From Podarcis erhardii (taxonomy: Eukaryota), in NCBI GenBank assembly GCA_964252035.1, contig OZ176200.1: 64,000 bases of DNA; one strand, 5' to 3'. The position numbers and the translations under genes were made by a program. Under the pieces are notes generated by a model. It did not search any database. It was not told where the DNA came from and saw only the letters and a list, made by a program, of their open reading frames with translations. Below are positions 12,025 through 54,500 of this stretch, piece after piece; within the stretch, counting starts at the first letter, position 1, and each line of letters starts with the position of its first letter.

Positions 12025-15000
12025 ACTGCCCATAAGTTGTTCCTAAGGCCCAAGGGATCCTCCAAAACAATATTTGAACTGGTGACTTGCCCCCTTGTGT
12101 AAGCAGATGTATATTTTCTTTCTTGGAAAGTGCACCATTAGAGCCAAGCTCATTTTAAAAAAACTAAATTAAATCTTCTCTTGAATGGATACACAAACAT
12201 ATGTGTATATCTACAGGTGTGATCTTACGATATTCATTACATAGGTTAAAACACAAATGGATGCTTCCATATTTATGAGCTGTAGGCCTCGAGTTTAAAT
12301 GAGGCCATTACTTAATATCTCTCCAAATTTTTGGCAAACAGAATTGTACATGTGTAGCTATCGGCAATGAAAGTCCCTGATGCGTATTAATTCAAGGTGG
12401 GGAGAGTAACATGCATTGATCTTTAATTAGTCAACGGAGCACAGTTTGCAGAATCTTGTTAGGTATTAATAGACGCTTGCGTTGCCTGGGGGTAGGGGGA
12501 AAGAATGGGATGTGTAATTGAGCCTATCTCTAATCATTCCGTATGTCATGAAATTCCAGCCAGACACAATCAGTGTGCCTTGCTTTGGTTTTGTCAGTGG
12601 GAGCCTTAGAGAGTGTTTGTGTGCAAAATCTGCTTTTAACTTGCTATGCTCTTGTTTTGTAATGCAGGGGAAACACTACTTAGGGACAGGTATTTGCTTT
12701 CTAAAAACGATATCATCCTTATTGATGAGACAGTGAAGGAAGGCAACTACCAGAGAAGGGTGTTGGTATACATCTTTTATGTTACAGTTGTCTCGGACAT
12801 GACATAACAGCTACTAATCCATGCTACCCATTGTATTGCCTGATGCTTGGCTTTGGGAGTTTATGAAAACAGAAAGCCATGTGTGTTTGGTAGACTTCCA
12901 TATTTCACGGTGAATTTACACTCTGGGTTCCCTGCCCTCCAGAACGAGTAAAAGAAATTGGTATAGGTTGGACACCTGTAAAAGCTATTTGAAGAGCAAA
13001 GAAAGATATACAGTGAATTATTGGTGTAATAGAAGATCTGAAATTATAGAGTTTAATTGAACCATGTCTGAGTTGAGGCTATGATCCAGTTCAGGTAAAA
13101 CAAAAAACTTCTTAGTTTCATGGTTTAAATAGTGTAAATATTTGAGTGTCTTTGAACATGCACATAAAGAATTATATATGCATTAGGTAAGGAATGTCTT
13201 TCAAAACTACTACTATTGGGAAAATAGAGACTATTGTCCCCCTTTTTTGAAGAAAAAAAGCACACACCTACTTTAGTCGGGATTGCTCTCCCAGTGTTCA
13301 TAAGCATGACACTGCACGCCTTCTAAAAATGGAAAGGATGCAAGAGTATGTTGCATCCCCCCCCCCCCGAAAAAGCCCAAAGCTCACTCTTGATTTAACC
13401 TGAAGTAGAATCACAGGGGTGATGTGATGTCTCAACATGCCCTTGGTTTGTATTGAAAAGCTATATTTTGAATGCAACATGTCACAACTTCAGTTTTAGA
13501 GCTCATTGTAGCATAGAAGCTTCCATTATCTTTCCCTTTTACTGGGCAGCTGCTCTCTTTTTTCTAATCACATTTGGCTTTATTAAAATGTTTTGCATGG
13601 CTTTAGCCTGGATCAGACTAATGACACCTAGGAGGGAGCAAAAGGAATCCTGAGAAGCAGAAAGGCTGACCTGCATCAAGCCCAAAGGTGCATGTGAAAA
13701 TGATGACCCATTAATAGTGTAGACTAGGACATGACTTTTGAAATTAACAGGTAGAAGATATCCAAAATGTTGCCTATTGTCCATAATTTTATTTGTCTTT
13801 AGTTGCTAGCTAGCCTGAGGCAAGCATATTTATTGGTCCTTTATTGGAATAGATATTGAGTCATTTTGTTTATATTTTTGCAAAATTACTTTGCAGCCTG
13901 CCATATTGGACCTCAGCCCAGAAAAATACCTGGTTGGTGGATGTTGTTTCTCTCTCTTTTCTTCCCTCCCCCACCCCATTTATTTCATTCATCTTTTCCT
14001 CAAACTTTCTCCTTAGAGGAACATTGGGGCTCTTTGAATAAGCAAATTGATATGCTGTTAAATGAATTTGGTAACTTTCACCAAATTATAAAGGAGAAAA
14101 AGCAGCATATATGAATCATTGTTAGTCATATGAAACTTTTCTTGCCTTTTTTTTTTTTTTTACAAGAGTTGCACTATAATTTATGGGTGCTGACCCATAC
14201 TTGTGAACGCAGTGGTTTAACAGAACTGGGATTTATGGTCATTGCAGGTCTAGGCGAACAACTCAAGTTTCCGATTGTGTCACAAGAACATATAGCTAAT
14301 CTGCAGTGCTAACAAGTAGGAGAGCAAATGTAGCATCTTTAGAGGCAGAAATTCTGCATGTGTCTGGATAGACATGGTGCACAATGCCCTTAAATTATAT
14401 TCTTTCTTTGGAGTTATATTCTTTTCTGAGTGTAAATTGGAATCTCAGCCAACAATAAAATAGAACAAGACTAAGCAATGAAGGAATGGAATGTATTTCA
14501 GCCTTGGTGCGAAGTCAGAATCACATTCGTTTGTAAAATAAAACGTGTGAATAAGCTGTGGACATTGGATTCATTATAACTTTCCAGGATTGTTCCTTTC
14601 TATTCAGCAGCTATCCCCTTTCGATTTTTGCTGCTAAGTCCATTGAGCCTTTAGAGGGAATAATTGTCTTTAGGTTGTGATCTTTCATGGGTTGTGCTTT
14701 TTTTAAAAAAAAAGCTGTTTGCTAGACAAAAAGATAATGCATAACTGTTGTGTAGCCAATCCTAAGACTACATCATGCTTGCAAGCGTGACCCTTGGGTG
14801 ATGCAGAGAAAAGCTAAGCCACACATCACTGAACATGCTGCAGATATTAAAATAGTTTGACAGAGGGGAAACCTCTATTATAAATTGGGGTTTGATTTGG
14901 AAAAGTCTGCTGGATCTCATTTGGAATATCTGAGAAGCCAATCCTAAAAGAATTGCTTAGTTTAAGGGTGTGTTTAAGTTGCGGCAGACTAAGTGCGCCT

Positions 15001-17204
15001 CACTTGTCAAAAATTTTAGTGAAGCTTTCTGTGTTGTTAAAGGTTTCCCTTCAACTAATTATCTCAGGCAAAAGGAAGTGTGCATAGTAGATATTTGTTA
15101 TGGTTATGTTTGCGGCTTATTAGCATAATTACACAGAAACGGGGATTGAAGTTTCTTGTTTTATAACAATGTTGTGGTTCACAGTTGCCATCACAGCTGG
15201 TGAATTATCTGTTCACAATGCATTCCATATGTGCTGGAGACCACATTGAGTAGGAATTTACAGGGCACAAGAGAGGAGTGTAAATAGTGGGGGTAGATAT
15301 GCTACTCTCTCCCCCCCCCACTCCCCTCCATCCTGAGAATCCATGTATGAAAGGCTTGGTAGAACAATGGGGGGTCATACTTTGTGTTTGAACTTCAAAT
15401 GAACATTCAAATGAAATTTAATTTTGGCCAAGGGGCCTGAGCATTGGCAGGAGCAGTTGGCTGAACTGCAGATAAATATCAAACTTTATTATAGAGTGCC
15501 TATAGGGTATGAATGTGTCCATAAGAACTCTGCTTCTGATACTTCCTAGATAGTGCAGCAGGGAGGTTGTAAGGAGAGAGTTACCGCTGGGTCTAATAGT
15601 AGCATGGACTTGTTCAGGTTCACAGCCCACTTGTGGAGACTGTGCTGTGGCATTTCATAAGCACCTGGTTTATGTGGCTTTTGAAAACCTGACAGTTTTG
15701 CAGATTTACATTCAATAAGTTTACTTCCCCAAAAGATACTCCAGACTAGCTGTCTACAGCGGCGGTTCTGCATTATTTAATCCACAGATATAATTGGAGG
15801 ATGAAAAATATAACACTCCACCTCATTTGGTGGGACCAGCCTTCCTCAGCCTAGTGCCCTCCAGGTGTTTGAGAGCACAGCTCTTATTTGCTTTAGCCAG
15901 CAAGAACGAAGGGAGTCTAAAGTATCTGAAGGGCACCAGATTGGGGAAGGCTGCTATAAATCAGTGTGATCTTGCAACAAAAGATTGTGCCACTGCAATT
16001 GATGGAACTTGTTTGAGTAAATTTGGTAAGGTTTTCAAGATTCTATTTTAAGGGAAATTTAAAAATCCAAAGTGTTTTAAAACAGTAGATTGCACTTTCG
16101 GAAAGAGTTGTAATTCAAGTCTGAACTAACTACTTGATTTCAAGGCAATTTTTGCAATGTGGATTACATTAGGATCATATGCTCTAACACAGTAAGCGTA
16201 AAAACAGTAGGTTTGGGACGTAAATTAACACCACCATTCAAAATAAGATTTTATCCACATGTCACAGAAAGAGATTTGATAATGCGGCTAGAAAAAAGCA
16301 AAACCTGCAAATGCTAGTTATATAAATCAAATTCAGTTTTATTCCAGGCAGGATCTGAAGCAGATAAAAGCCTTGTTCACACACAACGCTAAGCCAGACT
16401 ATGGCTTAAAAGTCTTAAAGTAAAAGAGTAAATGTGCTGGTGGATAGTTAGAAAAGTGTCAACAATTTGCTCCCTCTCTGCTCTTGCTGCAATGCTAAAC
16501 CATGGTTTGGCTTATTGTTGCTTGTGAACCAGAACTCATGGTTTGCCTCACACAAATCATGAGCTGTAACCAAAGTTTGTTCTTGGCCTATTGCTTGTAG
16601 GTGACAAACCATGAGCCCAGGTTTTCACATAATGCTAAGCCAAACCATGGTTTGGATCCCGCTAGCAAGGCAGGATGCTGGGGGTGGGGTGGGTGGGAGA
16701 GAGCAAGCACTGTTAATTATCTAACTGCACCAGCATGCTCGCTCATTAATGCCTTGTGTTACATACAGACGATGCCACAGAAATATCTTTGGCTGCCCCA
16801 GTCAGTGACAGGTGGTTTACAATATGAAAGCACAATAATTCATACTAACAAACTATAGCTCCTCCCCTCACTTGTCATCACTAGCTGTAAATTGCTGGAT
16901 ATAAACAGTTATTATGCAGGGATTTTGTTTAGGCATAGATGTACATAGTGATTGATTTTGAAACATGAGGCATAATGCTTCAATAGTAAACATGAACCAA
17001 AGAATGCTAAGATTCAAGAGGAGTTTTGTATACCTTAAGAACTTCCAGGTAATTGGTTCAAAGTGTGGCCTGAAGGCACATGAGACTGCCGCCTTGCTGA
17101 AGGCGAGCAGGTCAGTGCCTGGAAGGGGAACCACCTGGAAACCACATGGATATCGCCTTAGATTGCATTATTGAAGAAATGTGGAAAATGTAAGAAAACT
17201 AATA

Positions 17205-17430
17205 CAGTGGTACCTCGGGTTAACTACTTAATTCGTTTCGGAGGTCCGTTCTTAACCTGAAACTGTTCTTAACCTGAAGCACCACTTTAGCTAATAGGGC
17301 CTCCTGCTGCCGCTGCGCCGCCAGAGCACGATTTCTGTTCTCATCCTGAAGCAAAGTTCTTAACCCGAGGTACTATTTCTGGGTTAGCGGAGTCTGTAAC
17401 CTGAAGCGTATGTAACCCGAGGTACCACTG
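17205..17430. mobile_element. Tc1/pogo (Tigger-like) MITE, 226 bp
   Basis: 18-bp perfect TIR CAGTGGTACCTCGGGTTA; TA TSD on both sides. Confidence 0.92.
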
Positions 17431-18241
17431 TAAATAAAAGACCTGGTTTAGGGTTGACACTAAATCATGGTTTGTTTAGCTTGACTGTGGTTCATCAGAA
17501 CCTGACTCACTAGGCTCACTAACTGGAGGATCATAAATGATGGTTTGAAGCTGGCTTGTCAATCTCTGCTTATACTGTTGTTTTTTGTTATATCAAAATC
17601 TGATACCCTTAAAAAACAACAACTCCTAGTTGAGTTTCATCACTGCCCACCTGTCTACAGAGACACAATGTAAAAGCAGTTCAAAAACAAAACTGCTCAT
17701 GCGGCTAAAAGGCTGCCTTGTGACTTCTCATATGTTTCTGCCCATTGTCACTCTGCCTGGCAACGGGCTCCTTTCCTTGCTCACCCCTTCACTGACAAGG
17801 TCTTCCTCTCCAGCCCAGCTGCCTAGAGCTACAGCAGCGTTGCAAGAGGGAAACTGTCAAAGAGACAATGTACTGTTTTACCCATTTTCTCACAAGGGAT
17901 GTGTTACAAGCTCTGCCAACAGTTATACAGATGCAGTCACAGAGTTTGACCTAAAGGCCTCCGTCAGCCATTCTCACTTGCTTCTGCTGACACCTGTTTG
18001 TTCTGCTGCTTGCTCACCAGTTAGTTTTTGCAATGAAAACTACATGCTTTGGGAAAACAGAAAGGCAGTTCCCTTCTTGACCTATTTGTATGGCTCCAAG
18101 AGGAATTCAACTGACTGCCACTAAAAGCACAAAAGCTGGACTAGATAGACCTTGGTCTGATCCCACAAGGCAATTCTTATTAAGGAGTGATCAAACAATT
18201 ATTGCAATTGGACTGTTTTATATATTCTCGTGCTTTTGCAG

Positions 18242-46973
<28,732 letters not shown>

Positions 46974-47086
46974 TTTCAGAAGAAGGAACTTATCTTTTTC
47001 CTGTAAATATATTTTAAATATGAACACAGATTTTTAAATATATATTTTATGATCTAAAAAATGGGGCGGGAACTTTAAAAAATGTG

Positions 47087-47092
47087 AATAAA
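47087..47092 (+). terminator. Probable LRP5 poly(A) signal AATAAA
   Basis: First canonical hexamer after the stop (113 nt downstream), with a U/GU-rich tract (ttgtgtttttgttttttgttttt) from about 47143. The cleavage site is not determinable. Confidence 0.6.
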
Positions 47093-50000
47093 AACGGGTG
47101 GGGCCAGGGCTGTGAAAATTGTACAGCGGAATAATATTTATAAGTTGTGTTTTTTGTTTTTTTGTTTTTAATTTAATATCCATTCTTTTTGTGCCATATT
47201 TTGCCTTTGCATTGAAGTCACAAAATTAATTCGACCTCCAAAGGAGGTGGGAAATGGGGCGTAGATACCTGGAGCTTTTGAAATTGCTGTTTTGATTCAG
47301 TAAAGGGGAATGTACAAGCGGCGGCGGGGGTGTGTGTGTGTGTCAAGTAACAAAAAAGAGGGAGTAAAGATACTGTGTGAATGAATGGCAAAGTTGTTTG
47401 AAATATACATCCGGGATATTTTTATTTTTTATTTACTTGATCGTAGGTAATTTACCACAAAAACGTACTTTTCTTTGGGGATGTTGCATTCCAAAAGAAA
47501 ACGAAAAGAAGAATAAAGGTCTGTCCCCCTGTTTTTATTCCATCATTTGCTTTCCAGAGAAAGCCGTCCAGGGGTCAAGGTGGAATTCTGAAGCTCGCTC
47601 TCACTTTATACATTGCAAACCACTTTTTGCTAGGATGAAATAAACATGCAGCCAGCCCACTGGACACCTTTGTGCTGCACACAGTCCTGTCAGGGTTCTG
47701 AGAACCTGAGTGTCATACTAGTTGGCGAGGAAGTAAAGAAGTCCTGAGTTCAGCTTTGCAGTTGCTAGGAAGGCATGTGGCTAAGAGACCTGCGATAGAA
47801 ATAGAAATGGAAAATCCAAAACGTGATACCACTATTTGTTATCATGCTCATCTAAAATGGCCACAATGGGCCAGCTTCTGTAAGATTTCTCTTCTACCCC
47901 CACCCCCCAGCCCAGCCCACTTTTTTTTTTTTTTTTTGGTCCCATTGAGTTTTTGCACGAAAATTCCAAGCTTTTATAAAAAGAAATTTATTTCCAAAAT
48001 TATGACACACATACTTAGTTGATTAAAAAAAAAGTCTCCAGTTCATTGAGCAACAGAATTATGTAATAGAGTGCGGATTAATGGATATCAGATACATTTT
48101 CTTCTGTCATATGCTGGAAGGGGTGCCTTTTCTGGAATGATGCCTGTCATAAAAATCAGGACACATCATCTAAAAGCAGCATGCACACTTTTCCCAGAAA
48201 TATTGTTTTTGTTCACCTGCAGACTTACGCAGATTTAGTTGATTAATCTGTTGAAACTCGTGTGCTTCATCTAGCTCCATTTGCATCAAGAGGTGCATGT
48301 CTGTAGAACATTTTTGCGTGAATGGGCTTCTTCTCATGACTGCATCCGCAGATCTGTCCTTTATTTGAAACTGAATAAGCAAGCCTCCTCTTGACATTTG
48401 GCTCTCCCACAGCTGCTGGATCAGGGCACATTTTAAATCTGTTTTTGTGCTTAGGAAGAGAGCAACACTTCTTGTGCTATCTGCCTCTAAGTTTGCCTTT
48501 TTCGGTGCTCAGACTTGACTGCCTTGTATAGAATGTTTGGAAACTTCAGTATTGTGAGGGCTACGATATGAACAAGTAATGATAAGGAAAGGAAAGAAAG
48601 AACTAAAATCACAATATGTTTTCACAGCTGCAGAACAGCAGGTGCAGCAGACTTTTGAACAGCCTTAATGGCACTGACAAGGATGAAAAATGTTCCTTTT
48701 TGAACTCATAGATGATTTTTTTTGCATTTTTTTTTTGACTGAGCATGATGTGAAACTCCTCCAAACCCTCTCCAGTATTTCCTATCTTACTGAGTGGGTG
48801 GAGTTTGACGTTCTGATGTTTATCTTACCATTCCTTTCCTTAAATCTGTGCTTCCTAAGCATTTGGACCGATGCTTAGATTCGGCGGGACGGGGTGGGGT
48901 ATATTTCTCAAGAAATTATCCTTTCCTTCTCTTGCAAAGTTTCAGCATGGTGGATGAAGAACTATAATTATTTGCAAATGTTTACTCCACAAATACTGCA
49001 AATGTCTGTGGATACCGCAAAATCAATATCCTGCTCCTATAAACTGGAGGGTGCCATAGACATGAGAGTTCTCCTAGCAGTTCCCGCACAGGCTCTGCTC
49101 GCGGTAATGCATGTAGTTGGCTCTGGTCAAAGTCATTCATAATAGCATCTTAACTTGTTAAGTATTCTCAACAAATCCCTGATTAATGATGTAAACTGAG
49201 AAGCAGGAAAGAAAGGCCATATCCAATTGTCCCATATCCAACTAAATTATAAGCAAAGCATGCATGTATATTTTACAGTTGAGAGGTTTCCATCCCGTTG
49301 TTTGACTTCAGCATAACTGTGTTTAAACTTTCATGTGGCATTTGTAAAGAGGTTGCTATTTTAACTCTTAACATTGCAGGCCTAATTTATGGTTGTCTTG
49401 CAAGTGACACTGAACGTTAAAAGACAGATATTTCAATAAACTGCTGATTTCAAAAGAAAGAAAATAAATCCACAAATTATTGGGGATGTTCCCCTACATT
49501 TTCGGAAACACATTACTGTGCAGTGAGCAGAACAGAGAACCATAAGCAGATGGGAAATAGCTACTGTTGCTCTTAGTGTAGGCCAGTCCTATAGTAGTTT
49601 CTGCACATGCATGAGATTTTGTAAACTGTTGCTTCATTTTCTTACAAGGGCGAGATGTAAAATTCATTTGCTGGATGCCATGGTCTTCACAGAACCGGAG
49701 AAAATAGTACATTTGGTTTTCTTGACCAAAGCTGCGTCGCTTGAGTTATAGCCCATTGATTTCAACAAGCCTGTTTAATAATTTGCAGGATCGTGGTTAC
49801 TAAATTTTGGTATGAAATGCTGCAACGTTTTCAAAGAAGCAAATTGCAGAGAAGTGCATGCCACACTTTCATCACTTGGGGTCACCTTTCCGTCTAGTAT
49901 ATCCATGGAAATGCGATTCCCCTCCCCTCTTTCACAAACTCCCCACTAATGGAGAGTTAGAATTTGTGATGAGTGCAGAAGTCTTTCATTTTGTATGTTC

Positions 50001-51225
50001 TGAGCCTCATATTGGTCAGTTTCATTGGATAACCCTGGGCTCTTGTATTCTGAGAAGAAATGTCTTTGCTTTATAGTTTGCCTGTAATTGACATACTTTG
50101 AGCCAGCAGAGCCATCAAGTGCATTTCCAGTAAATGAACAGCATGAAAGCGTTTGTTGCGCAGCCCTGAATTTTAATTTTTAAATATATACTCGTCAGTA
50201 CTGTGGGCTAGGCTAGAATTCATTTCCTTATTTGACATAGGTCTCAGGGCAACACACTGCGGCATAGAGGAACATGTGACACATGAAGTCAAACAATCAA
50301 TTTTGGACATACGTTCAATTTATTTATTTTTAAAAAGTGAATTTGAAACTAAGTACTGAAACACCTAATTGAAGAAATGGCAAGATAATTGGCTTGCATA
50401 AAGGATGCTTTGAACTCAAGCACAGATTTTTTTTTGTGGGAGGGGATGACTTCGCCTTGTGCTATCAAACAAGATGATCCATGTCGATTGATTTCACTGT
50501 AAGTTTTCAGCTTTGCACAATAAAACCCAAGAAGCAGCACATTCTTTTCAGACAATGTTGGTACAACCATGTCCAGACGTCTTATAATACTTCCCTGCAA
50601 CGAGGTCACTGGCTGTGTGTGTGGCATTCTTTTACCCAAGAAAACTTGTCCAAAACTTTTAATTTCTTTTGAGGTGGTTGGTGGAAGCTCAATGGCAAGC
50701 CTCTGTTTCATAAAGTAGTTTCTGATTCTTAAAAGCTCTCAGATCTGTTGCCTACCGATAGATGCACTAACCACAAGTCCTAATCCAGCCTGGAAGTCAA
50801 TTTAGTCTTGACAAGCAGCCTGGCGTACACACGTGCCTTTTTTTTAAGAGGAAAAAGTAGACCTACAAGCTTGATTAGTTTACCCTTGCACCTGAAAAGA
50901 AACTCTTGAAAAATAAAGCATAATTTTCTGCAAGTAGGTCCGACTGAGTTCATTGGGGCTTACTCACAAGGAAGTGGATTGCAGCCTAAGGCCAGGAGCC
51001 ATTTCCCCCAGAGATCCCCTTTTTTCATTGTGTGCCTGCATGTGTGCTTGTGTGCTGTGGAAAGAAGGGTGTAAGGTCGAGCTTACTTGTAAAATATTAT
51101 CTGTGGAAAATACTTTGTAAATAATGTAATTTGAAGTATCTTGCAATTAGAAACAGAACAGTTGTGGATTTAAATAAATAAATAAACCTATTGGCCTGGA
51201 ACAAAATGAAGCAAAAATAAAAAAT

Positions 51226-51506
51226 GGGGCTAGCCATTTGCAACCTAGAGATCCCCCCCCCCTTGAATCTGCTTGCTTCGTTAGGTGCTGCAAGGCAGCC
51301 ACAGCAACTTCTACCTCTTCTGTTACCTGCCTCTTTCTGCTGTGCAATACACCTGGTGCTGTGCCCATTTCAGTAGGCGCACCAGGGAGATGACAGAACC
51401 ATGGGGAGAAAGGGAGCAGGAGAAGCAGCTGCTGCCTCATTGCACACTGCAGTGAGAACCTTAGAGGTGAAATGGGGGCATTTCTGGGTTGCAAATGGGT
51501 GACTCC
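51226..51506. mobile_element. Degenerate MITE-like element
   Basis: About 24-bp imperfect inverted ends with core CCATTTGCAACCYAGA; no clear TSD. Confidence 0.5.
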
Positions 51507-54500
51507 AAGGAAGACATCTTAGAAGATGGGGGTAGTGCTTTGCTGTTCCACATGAAATCGAGAGGGCATTTTACACAGAAATGAAACCCAGGCTGCTTTC
51601 TGTATTGTATCTAAATATTTCTTGCAATTGCTGCTAATGTAAATGGACATGAATATATTGCCAAGAATGGTTATAATAGACTCACGCCAATCTTTTTTAT
51701 ATTTATATTGTAAAATGTACTCAGCAAACAGCCTAAATATTTTAGCTTTATACTTGTATCCTTTTTGTAGACACAATTTGTCAAACACAGGAAAAAAGTG
51801 CCTTTGGTATTTTTCAGCAGCCTAGCATATTGACTTGGGCAGATTATAACAAAGCCTTAAACAGCAAGTTGCCTCTTACTCATTGTGTTCCACTGGTTAA
51901 TTTTTCAGCATGCATCGTGCTGCAAAAATGTGTTAATGCTCAAGTCATTCCGAACAAAGGCATCCATATGATGGTGGAATTAAGTTTATTTGGACATCAT
52001 TAATGCAACATCACTAAATGTTGACTTTAGAAAGTTGGTGTGATTTGTGGCAAACACTTCAAAGTATCCTGTGGGGGAGTTTTGCTCTATTTCAAGGGAA
52101 CTTCCACTAACCAACATGTATCCCCATTTCCTGGGAGTCCTAGTGTTCATATTTTTACTGGTTATGCTCTCAGTATAAAATTGTATGTGACTTTGTTTTT
52201 TTGTATGCGATTGCTGCAAAGTACCAGTTATGAAGTTAGATTAACATGTTCCTCACAAGGTCTGGCATTCATGTTACTACTAATTTTTTAAATAACACTA
52301 GGTTAAAGTTCTTTGCATCGCCAGCAGAAGAGTTATTAAAATCACTGTTTATAGAATGTGGTGTTCTATAAAGACGACTGGTTGAAAATACCCTTTTAAC
52401 TGCACATACACACCCACACTTTGGTATGCAAGCAACAAAACAGAGCAAAGTCCAGTTGGGCTGGATTGTGTCATAAAATTGAACATACAGTAAGCAACCT
52501 TGACACTGCAACTTATCATTGTTCCATATCACCAATGCTAAAGTGTTGTTTCAAGTCTCTGGCTTCATATATAAATAAACATCTGTAAAGTTAATTCTCT
52601 ACATTTTGTATTATAGATTTTGTTGGCATTGTTTTGTAATTCAAACTCTGGGGAGGATTGTTTGACACCTCCCTGCATAAATGATTTTTCATGTAATACT
52701 GTTGAGAGTGGGTTTTTCTTCCCTCCTGGTGTTAAACTTTCAAAAGAAATTGGTGCGTGTTACAGCGTATTTTATTTGCTGCCTCTTTCCCAGTGCATAT
52801 TGGTTTTATTCTTTCTGAAGTTTATAGGCTGAATCCCCACCCTTCCATAATGCATTAATGTTGGTGAACACATTTTGCATGAACAGTTTTAAAGTTGTGT
52901 TGAAGTTTGCGGTGGTGTTGTCAACCTTCCCTCCTTTTTTTTGTAATCACTGAAAACGCTTTTCCTGGAAATTCCTGGTTTAAGTTTACGGGGCAGCAAT
53001 ATATAATTAAGTGTTGATTCATTCTTGCTAATTTATGACTACAGCAACAAGCTGCTGCCTTACATTAGGGCTCACAATTAGTTTGTATCATTTCAAAGCA
53101 CCAAGTTTCTCCAAAAGAATTCGTTTGCACAGCATTCATATTGAAGCCGCCTTATTTCTGCTCTTTCCAACTGGATAGCAGTTCAGCTGTTGGAAATGGC
53201 AATTCCAGATGAGGCACTTTGTGCAAACATATGAGCATGGATTGTACACATATTTGTGCATTTGATTGGACACACACAAAGTGAATGTGTTGAACAATTG
53301 AAAACAGAAAATGGACACATCTGGGATGGGGCTCAAGGCGAACCTTGCCAGCTGGCGGGTTCTCCCTGTCCAGATAATCATACAGGCAGATTTGTGAAAC
53401 TGAGCAGAACAACCCAGAGATAAATAACAGCATGCCCAGAAATCCTCTCTTTCTCTTCTTTGTTTCACAAAAAGGCATGGCAAAATCCTTGTACTCTGGT
53501 TTGCAGCACTTGACAGCTTACACTGAGCTGCCCTTGTGCTCACTGTGAGAGTCCCAGAGGAAGAGTTGAGGATGTGGTTACTTGGCATATAATAAAACCA
53601 CAAGATGGCATAGTTCTCCCTGACAAAACGTGTTTTTTTCTCAGCAGTGGGTAGGGCATTGCTATCCTAATATGCAACTTCTGTTTTATGCAGTTTCCCC
53701 TGTTCTGTGGCTGGCTTTTCACACACTCCCCAAGTTTTTCTAACCCTTTCAGTACCCCTTTGCATCTCATATGCTGAAGTACATCTGCAGCCCTGGGTAT
53801 CTTAAAGGTGGCTGAGCCTTTAGTCTTCCAAGTTGGGGAGCAGACAGCAGAGCAGCCAAGCTGACTCTCGTAACCAGAACCAGGGGCCTTCCTGGTCACA
53901 TCGTAAATCCCACAAACCACTGCTACTTCTGGCACTTGCATCTTCTGTGCTCTAAAGCATCTTGAGCTTGGCTCCTTAGGCACAGCAGGATGCTGGTTGA
54001 AGCAAAAGGTTCTTAAAAAGGCAAAAGGTTCTTTTAAAATGTATGGTTAAATATACCTGACTTTTTGACCCTTATCTGGGCTATCGGGCAAAGCGTGCAC
54101 TTTCGGAGCCAGTCCAGATGCAAGACCAGTTACTATGCAACACTTCATTCTACTGAAAAGAATTGCTGCATTTGCTTTTTAGAAAAAGGAGAAAAAAGAA
54201 TCTGAACGCCATCTTATCCTAAAATTCCAGTCCTTAAAAGATTCTCATTCTCAAAGGAATCTAAACATTATTTTCCTCCCCTGGCTAGCTGTTGGCTAGA
54301 TAAGTTTCGTTTGCAGGTTGTACAGTCTTTTCCATTTTATTGCATCTGGAAATAATTTTGCTCATGTGGACTGTTTGCTTTGCTTGCCTTTATTAGGAAA
54401 TTTGCCATGGTCTGATCTGACCATTTATTGCAAACAGCCAAGCACTTCGCTCTGGAACTGCCTGTTTTGCTCTGGTCCAGGCATCCATTTTGGGCTTTCT

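Noticed and set aside
1-18241. Scattered TCF/LEF CTTTG(A/T)(A/T) motifs as Wnt feedback sites
   Set aside because: No clustering beyond what AT-rich background would give
48170-48397. Minus-strand ORF ending at a GTAAGT donor-like site
   Set aside because: The peptide matches nothing I recognise and no partner exons were found
53136-53983. Long minus-strand ORFs (155 and 147 aa)
   Set aside because: No recognisable domain, non-ATG or poor starts, and no consistent splice structure; likely chance. The same applies to 17630-18124, 19776-20294 and 20953-21507.
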